This document shows, piece after piece, positions 13,399 through 26,613 of a DNA stretch of 64,000 nucleotides. Below the pieces are notes generated by a model. It saw only the letters and a list, made by a program, of their open reading frames with translations. It was not told the origin of the DNA and searched no databases. The position numbers and the translations under genes are program-made. Source of the DNA: Antedon mediterranea (taxonomy: Eukaryota > Animalia > Echinodermata); NCBI RefSeq assembly GCF_964355755.1, contig NC_092672.1, positions 10,850,001 to 10,914,000 of the forward strand. Reading direction: 5' to 3'. Positions within the stretch are counted from its first letter, which is position 1; every line of letters begins with the position of its first letter.

Positions 13399-15680
13399 TA
13401 GTCCAGATCCCTATGTCAAAAAAAGTGCCTTCGTGTGCAGATCATGGGGAAAGTGTAAACATTGTGTTTTATGAATATTTGAATCATGCTGGTTATAAAA
13501 ACCCATGTTGTCAAATTTCTAAAATTCATCTTTGACCTCTGACCTCAATTTGAATGTTTTGACCCACTGAAAACAAAATGATCATATCTTTGCAACGCTA
13601 AGATTAAATGAAATAATTTTAGTGTCAAATTATTTGGGAGATGCATATTAATATTCGTTCTAATGGAAAAGTTTGTCCAAAAATGGCTGGAAGTATGATT
13701 TTTGGCATATTTGACCTTTGACCTACATATCATATAACTCCGTAACTAATAGTTGGACAAACTTTAAATAGGACTCAAATTAATCTGAAGGTATATGTTT
13801 CTATTCAGTCTAATAAGAACTTTTACAAGAAAATGACCCGAAATATTTTTATTGACCTTTGACCTGTACTGGTAGTACATATTTCTATAATCTCAAAAAC
13901 TATTGGCCGTAAAATGGTTGTTTTTGTGAAATGGTTCGAACAATTTACATTTATATGTTGTATAATAACAACATTTTATAGAAATGTAAAAGAATTCTAT
14001 TTATGATCACTAATATAATTTATTAACATCACTAGCATTTGTTATAATATTAAAATGTTATATTTGCTGATTTTAAGCACTTCACATGAATTTATCAGAA
14101 TTATGTGTATTTAATATAAAGTTTATTTTTTTTTTAATATAAAGAAAATTTAATTGTCTATCAAATAAGACTATTTTCAAATTATTATGGCTAAAACTTA
14201 ATTAGATACAGGCAAAAAAGTGTATTTTTACTTGTGTGAACAGCGCCCTCAATCTTCATTTTTCCCAAAAAATACCACATTTTTATGTGTTTTCCTGAAC
14301 TAAACAGGTTATAACTTTGTTTTAAATACTTTTTACAGTAACCTGTAATTTACATACCTCTTTTATAACGTACTAGGTCAGTTTCTGAAAAAATTGAGAA
14401 AAATATTCCGATAGCTTGATATTTTTGTTGAGGTTATTACATGATACACACAAAAAACTATTTTTAATTTTCAGCTAAAAGTCCATCTTTTTGGTTTAAT
14501 AAAAGCTATCTAGCAGATATTAATACAAAAAATTCATATTTTATTGGATAGATATTATGATTATCTTTCCAATAAAATATGCTGTTTGTGTAAGAATGGC
14601 TGTGCAAGATTGTTTGTACTGGACCAAAAAGATGGATTTTTAGCACAAAATCAAAATATTTTTAGCATGCACCATGTAATAACCTCACGAAAAATATCAA
14701 GCTATAAAAATATTGTTTTCATTTTATCTCAGAAACTTACTTAGTATATGGTAGAAGGTGTATGTAAGTTACACGTCACTGACAACAAATCTTTTAAAAA
14801 GTTACAACCAGCTATAGTTTATGAAACCACATAAAAATGTGGTATTTTTTGGGAAAAAATGAAGATTGAGGGCGCTGTTCACATAAGTAAAAATACACTT
14901 TTTTGCCTGTATCTAATTAAGTTTTAGCCATAATAATTTGAAAATAGTCTTATTTGATAGATAATTAAATTGTCTTTATATAAAAAAAAACAACATTATA
15001 TTAAATACACATATTTTCTGATAAATTCATGTGAAGTGCGTAAAATCAGCAAATATGACACATTTTAATATTATAACAAATGCTAGTGATGTTAATAAAT
15101 TACAAAGTTAGTGATCATAAATAAATTTTTTTACATTTCTATAAAATGTTGTTATTATAAAACATATAAATGTAAATTGTTCGAACCATTTCACAAAAAC
15201 AACCATTTTACGGCCAATAGTTTTTGAGATTATAGAAATATGTACTACCAGTACAGGTCAAAGGTCAATAAAAATATTTCGGGTCATTTTCTTGTAAAAG
15301 TTCTTATTAGACTGAATAGAAACATATACCTTCAGATTAATTTGAGCCCTATTTAAAGTTTGTCCAACTATTAGTTGCGGAGTTATATGATATGTAGGTC
15401 AAAGGTCAAATATGCCAAAAATCATACTTCCAGCCATTTTTGGACAAACTTTTCCATTAGAACGAATATTAATATGCATCTCCCAAATAATTTGACACTA
15501 AAATTATTTCATTTAATCTAAGCGTTGCAAAGATATGATCATTTTGTTTACAATGGGTCAAAACATTCAAATTGAGGTCAGAGGTCAAAGATGAATTTTA
15601 GAAATTTGACAACATGGGTTTTTATAACCAGCATGATTCAAATATTCATAAAACACAATGTTTACACTTTCCCCATGATC
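13399..15680. mobile_element. Foldback (long inverted repeat) non-autonomous DNA element, right tip missing
   Basis: 13440-~14553 is the reverse complement of ~14561-15680, nearly identical in the outer ~850 bp and more diverged near the centre. The left arm extends 41 bp further, to TAGTCCAGATCCCTATGT at 13399. Confidence 0.88.
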
Positions 15681-15699
15681 TATGGGGCGCCATAAGCAG

Positions 15700-15965
15700 C
15701 AAAAGTATATTTGTGTTAAACACAAATGTGTAGCTAAAAAATGTGTGTGTATGTGTGTTCTAGGTGAAAAATGTATGTGTACATTTGAAATGTGTGTGTG
15801 TGTAATTGCAAAATGTATTTGTAAACCTAAAAATGTGTTTGTATTTGTAAAATGCATGTTTGTAATTGTAAAACGTAGTTGTACACTTTTAAAATGTAGT
15901 TGTACACTTTAAAATGTAGTTGTACACTTTTAAAATGTAGTTGTAACAAGGAATGTATACTTGTA
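15700..15965 (+). repeat. Subterminal repeats (AAATGTGTGT-like units; 20-21-bp AAAATGTAGTTGTACACTTT, 3-4 copies)
   Basis: Directly visible immediately inside the TATGGGGCGCCATA terminus. Confidence 0.75.
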
Positions 15966-16892
15966 ACGCTTGGTTAGAGATCTCTAATCAAGCGTGAAGA
16001 CCATACCATTTCTCGAGAGGGGTATACCATGGAAAAAGGCTATCTGTCCGGCGGCCGGCCGCCGATGGTATATTTATTTCCTTTTTATCGTTATAGCATT
16101 GGCGTTTTGGGAGTTTTGATTATTATATTGAAAAGCGACGGCGAAACACTGTTGTCGGTCGTCTACTAAATTATATAATAACTAGGCCGGACTATACTAA
16201 GTCACTAAGAGTGGTAGGTATGTATTACAATACAATATTTAGCCTAGGCCTCGCGCCTATAAATAAAGACCCAATTCCGTTATTAAAAGAAAAGAATGAA
16301 ACAGCTAGCCTACTACTACTAGTTAGAGGCTATACTAGTTAGGCCTACCTAGGCTAGCCTGTGTAGTTTAGTAGAAGTAGGGGCCTAGACCTAGCCTAGG
16401 CTAGGCCTAGGCCTCTTAGCCTACTAGCCAGTAGGACTTCCTAAGCCCTGGGCCTAAATAGGGCTAGGCCTATATAGGCTAGCTCTCAAGCAAGAAGCCT
16501 ACTAAACTAACCAAAGACCTAGCTAGGCTTTATGCCCACTATTCTGCTAGGCTAGGCCTACCTCTTGCCTACCTAGCAGGCCTATAGGCTAGGTCTTTAC
16601 TAGCTAGGCCTAGTTAGCTATAGTAGGCAGGCCTAGACTACTATAGTACTAGGCCCTAGGCCTAGTCCTTCTACTACTAGCCTTCTAGGCCTATAGGCCC
16701 TAGTAGGCTAGTACTAGCTTATAATAAATATAGCCTCCCTGAAGACCATAAACATACATAGACTCGGCCGTAGTAGTAGTACTAGTAGGCCTACTAAAGG
16801 CCCTAGGCTAGCTAGCTAATAATAATTCTTATTTCAAATCAAATTTTAAGAATTAATTTGTACATATTTTTATTTCAGAACAGGCATTTACC

Positions 16893-18626
16893 ATGGATTT
16901 GCTGCAAATTATCAGAGAATTACCAGGAACTTTATGCCAGGCGCAAAGAGGTCTTATATCTGACAATATTAATGTGCTTGAAAACTGGCATCTTAGGATT
17001 GAGAATTTAAACATTTTATTTAATATTGTTTTAAGAAGGTTACAAGAAAGTGATGTTCCTCTAGATACCATTGAACAATTTGTTATACTTTCTACTGAAT
17101 TAAACTCTATTTTTGCCTCATATGATGAAAGAATAAACGGAAATCATGATCATCATAGGTGGTTTGCATCGCAACAAACTGAACAAACATCTAATGGGCG
17201 ACCAAGGATTATAGTTAATAAAGAGAATATTGAAGAACTATTTGAAATATTTCATAGTTGGAAAATTGTTGCACATCAATTAGGGATTTCTGTTGATACA
17301 CTTCGAAGAAGAAGAAGATTATATGGTTTGCCCGTTTCCCAGCCTAACTCTACTAGAAACTACTATTCAAATATTTCAAGAGATCAGCTTTTAAATGAAG
17401 TAAGAAGAATATTGATTTTATTGCCTGATGCTGGAGAAACATTAATTATTGGTGGATTAAGAAGAAGGCGTATACATGTTCAGAGAAGTCTAATTCGGGA
17501 TGCTATAATGGAGGTTGACCCAATCAATAGATCATTAAGGCGAACCAGATCTGTTATAAGAAGAGTTTACAATGTTGCAAGTCCAAATAGTTTATGGTAA
17601 GGATTACAGTATACGGTAGATGTTTTTACTAACAATAATAAATACAGTATATTTAGCAGATTTAAAAAAAGTATGAACTTTTTTAAGATGTGAATAATAA
17701 GTTGCCCATAATACTTATTTGCATGAATTATTGTTGAGGTACTGTACATATAATTGATAAGAAAATATACACATGTAACATTAACAATGTATGTCAGTAC
17801 AAAAAGTTTATTATGCATGATTCAAGAGAGTAGCCAATTTGTTTTGTTTTACAGGCACATCGATGGCCATCATAAGTTAATTCGCTGGAACTTTGTCATA
17901 TTAGGAGGCATTGATGGATATTCACGCAAGATTGTTTATCTTAGATGTTGCACAAATAACAAAGCAGAGAGTGTTCTTCAGCTATTTCAAGAAGCTGTTG
18001 GACAGCATGGTTTACCATCACGAGTCAGATCTGATAAAGGAGGCGAGAATGTATTGGTCGCTCGCTTTATGTTAAGCAATAGAGGCTTAAATCGTGGCAG
18101 CCATATAACAGGTTCATCAGTTCACAATCAAAGAATTGAAAGGCTGTGGCTGGATGTCAAACAAACTGTTGTTAAACAATTTCAAGGTATATTTAACTAC
18201 ATGGAAAATTTGGGAATTCTTGATCCCTTAAACCAGATTCATATTTATTGCCTTCATTCTGTATTTTTAAGTCTCATTAATGATTCATTAAGAGAGATGG
18301 AAGGCAATTGGAATGACCATCCCATGAGTAGCGAACATAATCTTTCACCGAATCAACTTTGGCATATGGGATTAAATGCTTATGCATTTACCAATCCTGA
18401 AGAATATCAAGATCTAATTCACAATTATGGAATTGATGAAGATGGGCCACAAGCTGTTGATGACAACAATAATGAACAGATTGTTGTTCCATATATACAA
18501 TTGCCATTAACCAACAACCAAGAACAATTTATTAAATCATATGCACTAGGTGCTAATAAAGCAGATGTTGACCAGTGTATAGACATTTATGTCAATTTAG
18601 TTCATATAGTGGAAGGCATGATGTAA
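16893..18626 (+). CDS. IS3/IS481-family-like DDE transposase/integrase, 491 aa, 2 coding exons
   Basis: Exons 16893-17596 and 17855-18626 are joined by a GT-AG intron, giving [16 protein letters not shown]. Catalytic triad HID / VRSDKGGEN / NQRIERLW. N-terminal HTH ([21 protein letters not shown]). Probable non-coding first exon ending at a GTATGT donor near 16217, with acceptor TTTCAG near 16878. Confidence 0.9.
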
Positions 18627-19922
18627 ACCCCTAAACAACCATTTAGTAACTATCTCTGATCAGTGATAGTAAACAACCCTAGAAATTAACAAACATTGAT
18701 TCTAATGAGACTTTTCACCGGTTTCCGTAGGACCACTAGAGTCTGGTTTTCTTTTTTGAAAAAATATAATACTACTGTAGCACAAATACAACTTTGTGCA
18801 ATGGGTAATTTAAATTTACTTTCTATGGACGAGAGAGTTAGTTTTTCTAATATTTATTATAATAATTGTCTCTGTGTATGGCAAGATATTCCAAAAGAAC
18901 ATTCTTATTATTTTCAACATATTTGCGACAGCTCTCCAATGTTATATTAAGCAGCTTTTTTCTGTACACATGAAACATTTGAACTGTAAATAAATTTTTG
19001 TTGTTGCTTTAATCTATTGTTTAGTTTTATTTTATATTATAATTTATATTGTTTGAGGTGTAGCATACGATTGGATAGTGCTTTGCACTCATAACAATCC
19101 TCCGGTGTTTATTTAAATAAATACAGTAACATGATTTTTAACAGTTTTTTGGTGTAAAAACTCTAATTTTTATGATAGCTATATTAATAACGTACAGTGA
19201 ACACAGAGCCTTCAAACAAAAGGTAGAGCTGAGCTCATCTAAACTCAATTGTACTGTGGCTAGAAACTTATCCATAAATAAATTTATATTAACAAAATGT
19301 GAATGACATGATTTTTTTTATAGTAAAATCTATATTTGTTGTGAATGTTACAGATTTCCCAATGCAAAACAAATACAGAGCTGATCCAAGCTATTTAAAA
19401 TCAATTGTATTTTGGCTAGATTTGCAACATGCAATTTTAACAGGGGTGGTCGCAGAGGACTATTTTAAGGGTGTTGGCCAAGAAGAGTCCAGCCGCAAAA
19501 CCACATATTTGGCCCATAGAGGAGCGATGCAAATTGTTTTTAATTACACCACTAGATGGCCGGAAATTAATTAATTAGCAATTATAATGAGTACAAATTA
19601 TTTATTATCAAATCATAATTTTAAAAAGCTAAACAAAAAATAAGAGGCTGCTGCTATAAATATATTGAGCAAAACGTTTACAGTAATTGTATTATTTTGA
19701 AATAAATGCTAAATAAGTCAGTAAAACCACAATTAGCAAAATTTATTTTCATTTATCCACTATAAACTGTATAAACAGTGTTGCCTAAACAACACTCCAG
19801 AAAAAAATATTGAAATTTGCAGAAAGAAGGAATTGCCCAGGCAACACCCCTGCGTCTGCCCCTATTACCCACAAATTGATTTTTATTGCTTCTAAACAAA
19901 TTTTCAATATAGATGTAAAAAA

Positions 19923-21925
19923 AACTAGAAATTAATTTAACTTTGACGAATTATTGTTGATCATTTTTATAATTTTATTGACATTAATATTTTTTAAACA
20001 TGCACGTACATGTTAACATACGATCGGAACATGTTGATGTATGCCTTCCTATTATACGCTTATATAGTGCTGAGTTGTGTCTATTATATGCCATATACAT
20101 TAAGTACAGTATATACTGTATATCTATATACCGTGTAGCATTGGTGAAATTACGGACACACATCATGTTCTAATTTTTTGGCATTGATAACATTATCAAA
20201 AAAAACTTGTGGATAACAATATCGAAAGATAATGAATTGAGCAATAAAATATAACAATTGGAAGAAAATTTGTCACGTAGAAGCGTGGTGCACGCTCTTT
20301 AAAATTTGTATAACTTTGACGAAAGAGATAAAAAAACTACTTTTTAACTTCAACTGGCCATATGATAACGTTACAACATCCGATAGACCTAATTTTTAAA
20401 TAAATTCATATCTACATTTTACAAGCTCTCATAATAAGTTATAACAAGAATATTTCTTACAAAAAACGCTGCTCACTTATTGTTATTGCTAAGGTCAAGT
20501 CTGGGGGTCACTTCATCATGCCTAGATACTTCAAGTATCCTATTACAAACAAAAACTTCAATGGACTGTTTTGATAATAATTCAATGATTATCTGACAGC
20601 GAATTATAGTATATCATGGGACTCATAAATACCAGAATGCTTTGGGATTTGTCGTTCAGACTCTTTTCCCAGCCGTTTTTTGATTCAACAGGTGGTACCA
20701 ATAAATTATAGTGGAGTTTCCATTTTAACAAAAATGTCAAAGTGTAGTACTATAAAGCTGCTTGATTTCATCTAATGAATGAGTCAACTCGTGTGACGTA
20801 GCGGGCTAGAGCAGCAGCGTGAAAATCAAGGTCAACTTATTTCAAAAGAGCTGCAAGGTATTCAAATATCCATTGTAGGTGAAATTGCATTGCATTATAA
20901 GTTTATAGTGGATAAATGAAAATAAATTTTGCTAATTGTGGTTTTACTGACTTATTTAGCATTGTTTGTATCCGTAGGCAAGATACTCTTAGACACAACT
21001 GCGCTGGTTACCGGCTGCATTATGGGAGTATGTTTCCATACGTGTTTGATCCCAAAAAATACTGGGGTAATAATGCTTGTAAAGCGCCTTTGAGCATGAT
21101 TACTCATGAAAAGGGCGCTATATAAATCTGGTATTATTATATTATTATTATTAAATTACGTAATCAGCGTTATTTAAATTTTTAGACATGATGAAATCAT
21201 CTAAATGGAAATGTTGGCAACTCATGAGTAACATAATTGGTTGAGGTAGAATATTAAAAATTTAAAGAAAATCGATCACAGATAAGCGAGATGCCCCCTG
21301 TTCAATATGATTGTCTAAGATGAAACGAAAAAAATCAAATTTTTGTTATTCTTGTGGCCAAATGATGACATCATATAATTTTGTACGTCTAATATGTACA
21401 TGATGCATTCATAACTCCAACTCATTGGCTTCCATAATCAGTTTAAAAAAATGGGGGTAAGCGTCCATTCTGAAGAGTTATATTTATATATTATAAGGCC
21501 TTATTTTTTACCGTTTTTGACACTTTTGTGCAATTAATGTGCGCATTTTGTCATTTTTTAACCTGCTCGTATAGCGTTATTTAAAGTCGGAATAGACTCA
21601 AATTTGGTGAATGTAATCTTGAGCTTTTTTAATTTTTAACGCGCGATTTCACTATTAATTTTTATTTTATTTGCTATTCTTTTTACCCTTGACATGCAGT
21701 TTATGTATAGTAAATTTTATTGACATGTGATTACAAGTAATATAGAGATATGATCGATAATGTGATTTCACAAAATTGCGTATAAATTACGTCACAGATG
21801 AGTGAACTTTTTGAGATAATTGTTACACAAAATAGTGTACAGAAACAATAAAAAGAAAAAAAATAACAATAAAGATTTCATACAATAATAATAGATGATC
21901 ATTTTATTCTAAATGATCACCTAAA
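19923..21925 (+). mobile_element. Helentron/HINE-like non-autonomous element nested between the two transposon genes
   Basis: Reverse-complement similarity to 56040-57596. ACTAGAA end and subterminal GATCATT...AATGATCACCT hairpin. Interrupted by ~20430-21160, which includes an L2/CR1-type 3' tail near 21070-21152. Confidence 0.65.
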
Positions 21926-23025
21926 AATATAATTACACACGTACATGATTCGTATAGTATACTAATATTATTTGTCGCATCAACTTCCAAAATTAACCTT
22001 TGTGACCTTGTTTTTGCAGTGGTATACTTTCAATAAGTTCAAACAAACAACAAAATAAGAGACTCAAAAATACTTTTAATGCAGTGTTTAATTGTTTCAA
22101 ATACAATCACAAACTTTAAAAAGTATGCCAAACTCCATGAAGGTACCATACTATAAATACGTTATAAAATCAGTTTTTAATCTAATAACAAGAAGCATGT
22201 TAAGTAAAATTTCTGTGGAATTATTTAACATACCCATAAGTGCAAAGAAATAGATTATTATAGAGGCTGTTCTTTTATTCTAAACCAAATTTTTTTTTTT
22301 CAATAGAAATGCCTCCTTTGGTTTATAAGTAACCCAAACATTACCAAAGTATAGTTTATATGCATTTCAAGTATAAAAGTACCAGGAAAAAAAATGTGGT
22401 ACATGGTATTAAATGAATGAAAGTAACAAGCATTGAAGATATTTAACATGAAATTATCTTTATACATTTAAGATGCAGTAGAAAATCAATTTCTATACAT
22501 AAAAATCAAGTATTGAAGTCTGACATAAATGAGCAATTCATAATATGATTTTTAGGGAAAAAAACTCTCAATATTATATAATTATTTAAATGTGATTTAA
22601 GAATAAAACCCTCCATCATTAAAACATACATGTAACTATGTTAAAACTGGTGTTCAAAATATAACTACCACTGTATGTGATAAAATTAACTTTATGATTG
22701 TGTTTCCCAACAAATCTATTAAACAAAAATTGTTTAAAAAAATGTAGCCACTAATTGCAAAATATTTTTTTTTTAAATTGGAATTAAGACTTTGAATTAA
22801 GCTTGATTAAAACAATAAAAACATATTAACAATAACAAAACTGAATGTCATTATTGTATTAAACATGTTAGCACTTAATTACTAAACATTTTAAAGCTAT
22901 TATTGCTACAGTAAAAACTAAATTGTCTAAAGCCTTAATGCTCAAGCATTCAAAGAAACATAACAATTGAATAAGATCAGCTATCAACAACATTTTTGGT
23001 TTGAGAAAACAATGCTATAATTCTG

Positions 23026-26000
23026 TTATAATCTTCCAAAGCCTTCATGCCCATATTTAAAAGCACTTTTTATGCAAGATTTGAACTCATCTTTGTTGGT
23101 ATACCCTAAAGGTAAAAATAAAGTCGACGTACAAACAGATGATTCTGGCCACATCCTGTCATCTTTCTTTTCCAGGTATATTCTTGGCTTATTAATATTG
23201 TCGAACTGTGTAAAGCTGGTACAAAATTTTAGCATACATGTTAATTCTTGGCATGACATCTCATTAATTGCTTCCCGTAACCACTCTTTCTCTTTATGAA
23301 CATTCTCCAGAGTATCCCACTCTACTATGTCTACCATCAACTGGGGTGTCATATCCACATGTTTCATTAGGAAAATAGAACACATTTCATCGCATCTTTC
23401 AATGAATGGCATAAGTTCTGTATACTGAAGGCCATCTCTTATGCTTCGTAGTTGCTTCTCTCGTTTGCCAACTACTTCATCTCTGATTAGCATACTTTTT
23501 AATGTTTCAACATTTTCAATTGAAATTTTACATTCAACTGGCCATTGACTTGAATTGATTAACTGCTCATAGGCTGGCCCCTCTGCTGATTCATCCATAA
23601 GGTTATCTATCTCTTCTGTGCTCTTACAATTATCCAATCCATTCAAAAAAGCCAACAAATTGGCAGTTGCTGCATTTAATGGGATTATTTCTTTGGGTTG
23701 ATGCCCTGACAATATAGAATCTATTTCCTCTTCTGGTTTTCCTGCAATATATAAATAGGCCCACATAGGTAGATTTGGAAATGGTGGCCCACCATGTAAC
23801 AAACTATGCGAAATTGCCAACCCCAGAATCTTAAAGGGAACTAGATTGTTTCCTGAACGATTTGGAATAAAACCAACGTCAGTCTTGTCAAACAAACGAT
23901 TAATGGACTCTTTGAAAAATGTGTCAAAAAAATCTATACTAAGGGCCCCACCATCTACGCCCTCTTCTCCTGTGAACTCAATGCACAGTTTTTTTGTTAA
24001 CATTGATTTTTCGGCCAAACTTTTTTTGTAGAACAGGACTCCATCACGCCACAGTTCATTCCTTCTAATTTGAAGATGTTCTGTTTCTTCCAAACACTTT
24101 TTTTTAAAGCTCTTTATGCATTCCTCCTTCGAGATGTTGTTTGTGAGAAGGTCGATGGCATCATTAACGTCAGCCAAGTTAAGTGCGTCTTCAATACTCT
24201 TAGTCGACTGGTTTGGGAACATTTCATATATATATGATCTCACACTCTGCTTATTAGACAAATCTAAAGTTTGCCTTGAACACTCATTTGCACCTCTAGG
24301 CTGTGAACTTCCACCGTTACAGTGGTGTTTTTCAGTACTGGAAATCATTTTGTAACAGTTTACACACTGTATTGAGTCTACAACCTACATATGAATAATA
24401 AAATTAAATAATAAATACATTCATCATTCATGTTGTACATGTAATACTATTGTATATTACTCTAACAGATTGTAGATACCATATACTGATAACTGCAAAT
24501 AACTTGTTTGCATACAGTATGTTCCATACATTATAAATATTTCTAGCTTTTTTTGCCGCTTTCATTAACATTTTTTAGACATTTCTTATATTTTTATTCT
24601 TTTATAATTTCACAAATAATTTGAAAATAAAAAGAAATGTTTTTTTAATTTTACTTGGAAAAAATAAATCTTTATTTGAATTGAATTGACAATTCAGATT
24701 TATAATACAACTTTTGAATCTTGAAAAAAAAAAAAAATCTCATATCATAATACCACAATACAATTAATTCATTTACAATTGCACTGAAAAGATTTAGACA
24801 AAACCGGTTATAAACAAAAATGTTATGTTATGTATCTTACTTCAGTATCACTTTCTTTTGCATCAGATGTAGGACTAAGAGGTAATAAATAGTCACTAAT
24901 GTTACTGTTAGTTGTACTAACAATATCTCGGGAAGGCAACAAGTACACCCTCTTGTTTCCATATAAACGATGCAAAAGCTGTGCATTCCTTTCTTGATCA
25001 TCAGTTAAACGTAGTTTAGTTAATCGTGAACCCATTCCAATCATAAACTCAAACCTAAAAGATATAATTTATAAAATGTAGATGACAAAATGTTATACTT
25101 AAAACATTTACTGAAGGGAGGTGAAAGCTGTACACAAGGCATTCTTTTTTTTCTGACTTAGAACGCTCAGCACCAAAATATCAAGGTACAGTTCATTTAT
25201 TATTATAGTTATTTATTAAAAACATTCAGAATATGTACTGGTATGTATATTGTAATGACCAATGATTGCTTGTAGAAATGGAAAATTGTTCTAGTCTTGC
25301 AATAAGAAATCAACTACTATGCGCCTTGAGCACTCTTGAGTGGTATGTGCGCTATAAAAATGGTGTTATTATTATTAGTCAACAGTGAGTATGTAAATGC
25401 TTCAAAAATTATTCTGATCTTAACTGTACATCATATCATTGCACACAGGTTAACAAACTTCTTATGTTGGTACTATCACATTATATTGAAAGCTCAAAGT
25501 TAAGATTTTGCAAGGCATTTTGTTTAATCTTTTGAAGATGAAAAGGAAGCTGGAATGTTGTTTCCATGAATCAGTCATGCTTGTAACCAAAAATAAAGAA
25601 TCAGAATCCCACTTTCGCTGAGCAAAAATATGTACTTATTCAAAATATTTTTTTGCAAATCCAACATTGCTTGTAAACTAAATTTAACATTTTAGTTTTC
25701 ACTACAGTTACAGTACTTTATTTTAAATTTAAATAAATCAAAAGAACTTACTTAATTGGATCACTTTCAATTTCCAATATATCTGAAAACATATTTTCCA
25801 ATTTTTTGTAAACTTCTTTTGCTGTCATGCATTGTTCTAGTTCAACATGATGATAAACATGACCTGTAGTGTTAAAAGCAAATTTAATGATACATAATCA
25901 GTAAATATGATTTCTCATGCAGACAAAAATAAATAGGCCATGTTGAACCTTGAAAATGTTTATCAACTTTCAAAAGATTGAAAAAAAAATAAATTGATTT

Positions 26001-26613
26001 TTTACTCAAGACACTGTTCTATACTTTTTTTTATATATTTATTCATGAATCCCAATTGACTTTTAGGAAGGAATTTTGTTTAAAAAAGTTCATTACCTAA
26101 AATGTTTAGACTATAAATACATTTTTTTAAATGAATGTGCCAAAAAAGAAAAGATTTCTTTTCTGAAACAAGAATTTGTAAGAAACAATATTTTTTTTTA
26201 GTATTGAATAAAAAACTGAAATACATAGTAGATTAGGATAATAATCATATAATTAACTAACCTTTTTCATCTAGTTTACCATAGTAATTTGCCCTGGGTA
26301 TTTGATCGCTTTGTGATGTATCCAATAAAATGACTTCTTTTAAGTAGAAGTAATTTTGGTTTTGCCTAGAATTAGAGCATGAACGAGACCTTGAATTATC
26401 TTGTGTTCTTCTTCTGGTGGTATTTCTTGATCTTGGTGTGGTAAATAAACTATTCATTTCACTATTTAGATCTTGGTGTGGTCTTCTTGTAGTATTTCTA
26501 TGTGTTTGAGGTTGAGCATTTGGAGTTACATTCTGAATGATTGTTAAAAAATTGTCATTTGATAGTAGGGATTTGGTTAAATTATCTATATCAGTTGTTG
26601 AAAGCGATGCCAT
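23026..26613 (-). CDS. HECT-domain E3 ubiquitin ligase (G2E3-like HECT) with CUE domain, 678 aa, 4 coding exons
   Basis: Exons 26613-26262, 25863-25752, 25054-24841 and 24384-23026 have GT-AG introns and consistent phases (2037 nt). HECT motifs: LQIRRNELWRDG, IEFTGEEGVDGGA, LKFCTS, WPESSVCTSTLFLP (catalytic Cys position) and C-terminal EGFGRL. CUE-like EMFP...AIDLL. Confidence 0.88.

Noticed and set aside
16049-16064. 16-bp GC palindrome CGGCGGCCGGCCGCCG upstream of the integrase
   Set aside because: It is real, but no function can be supported from sequence alone.
17754-17854. N-terminus of the 290-aa ORF as a separate protein
   Set aside because: This part is intronic; splicing 17596 to 17855 restores the conserved SLWHIDG motif in a single protein.
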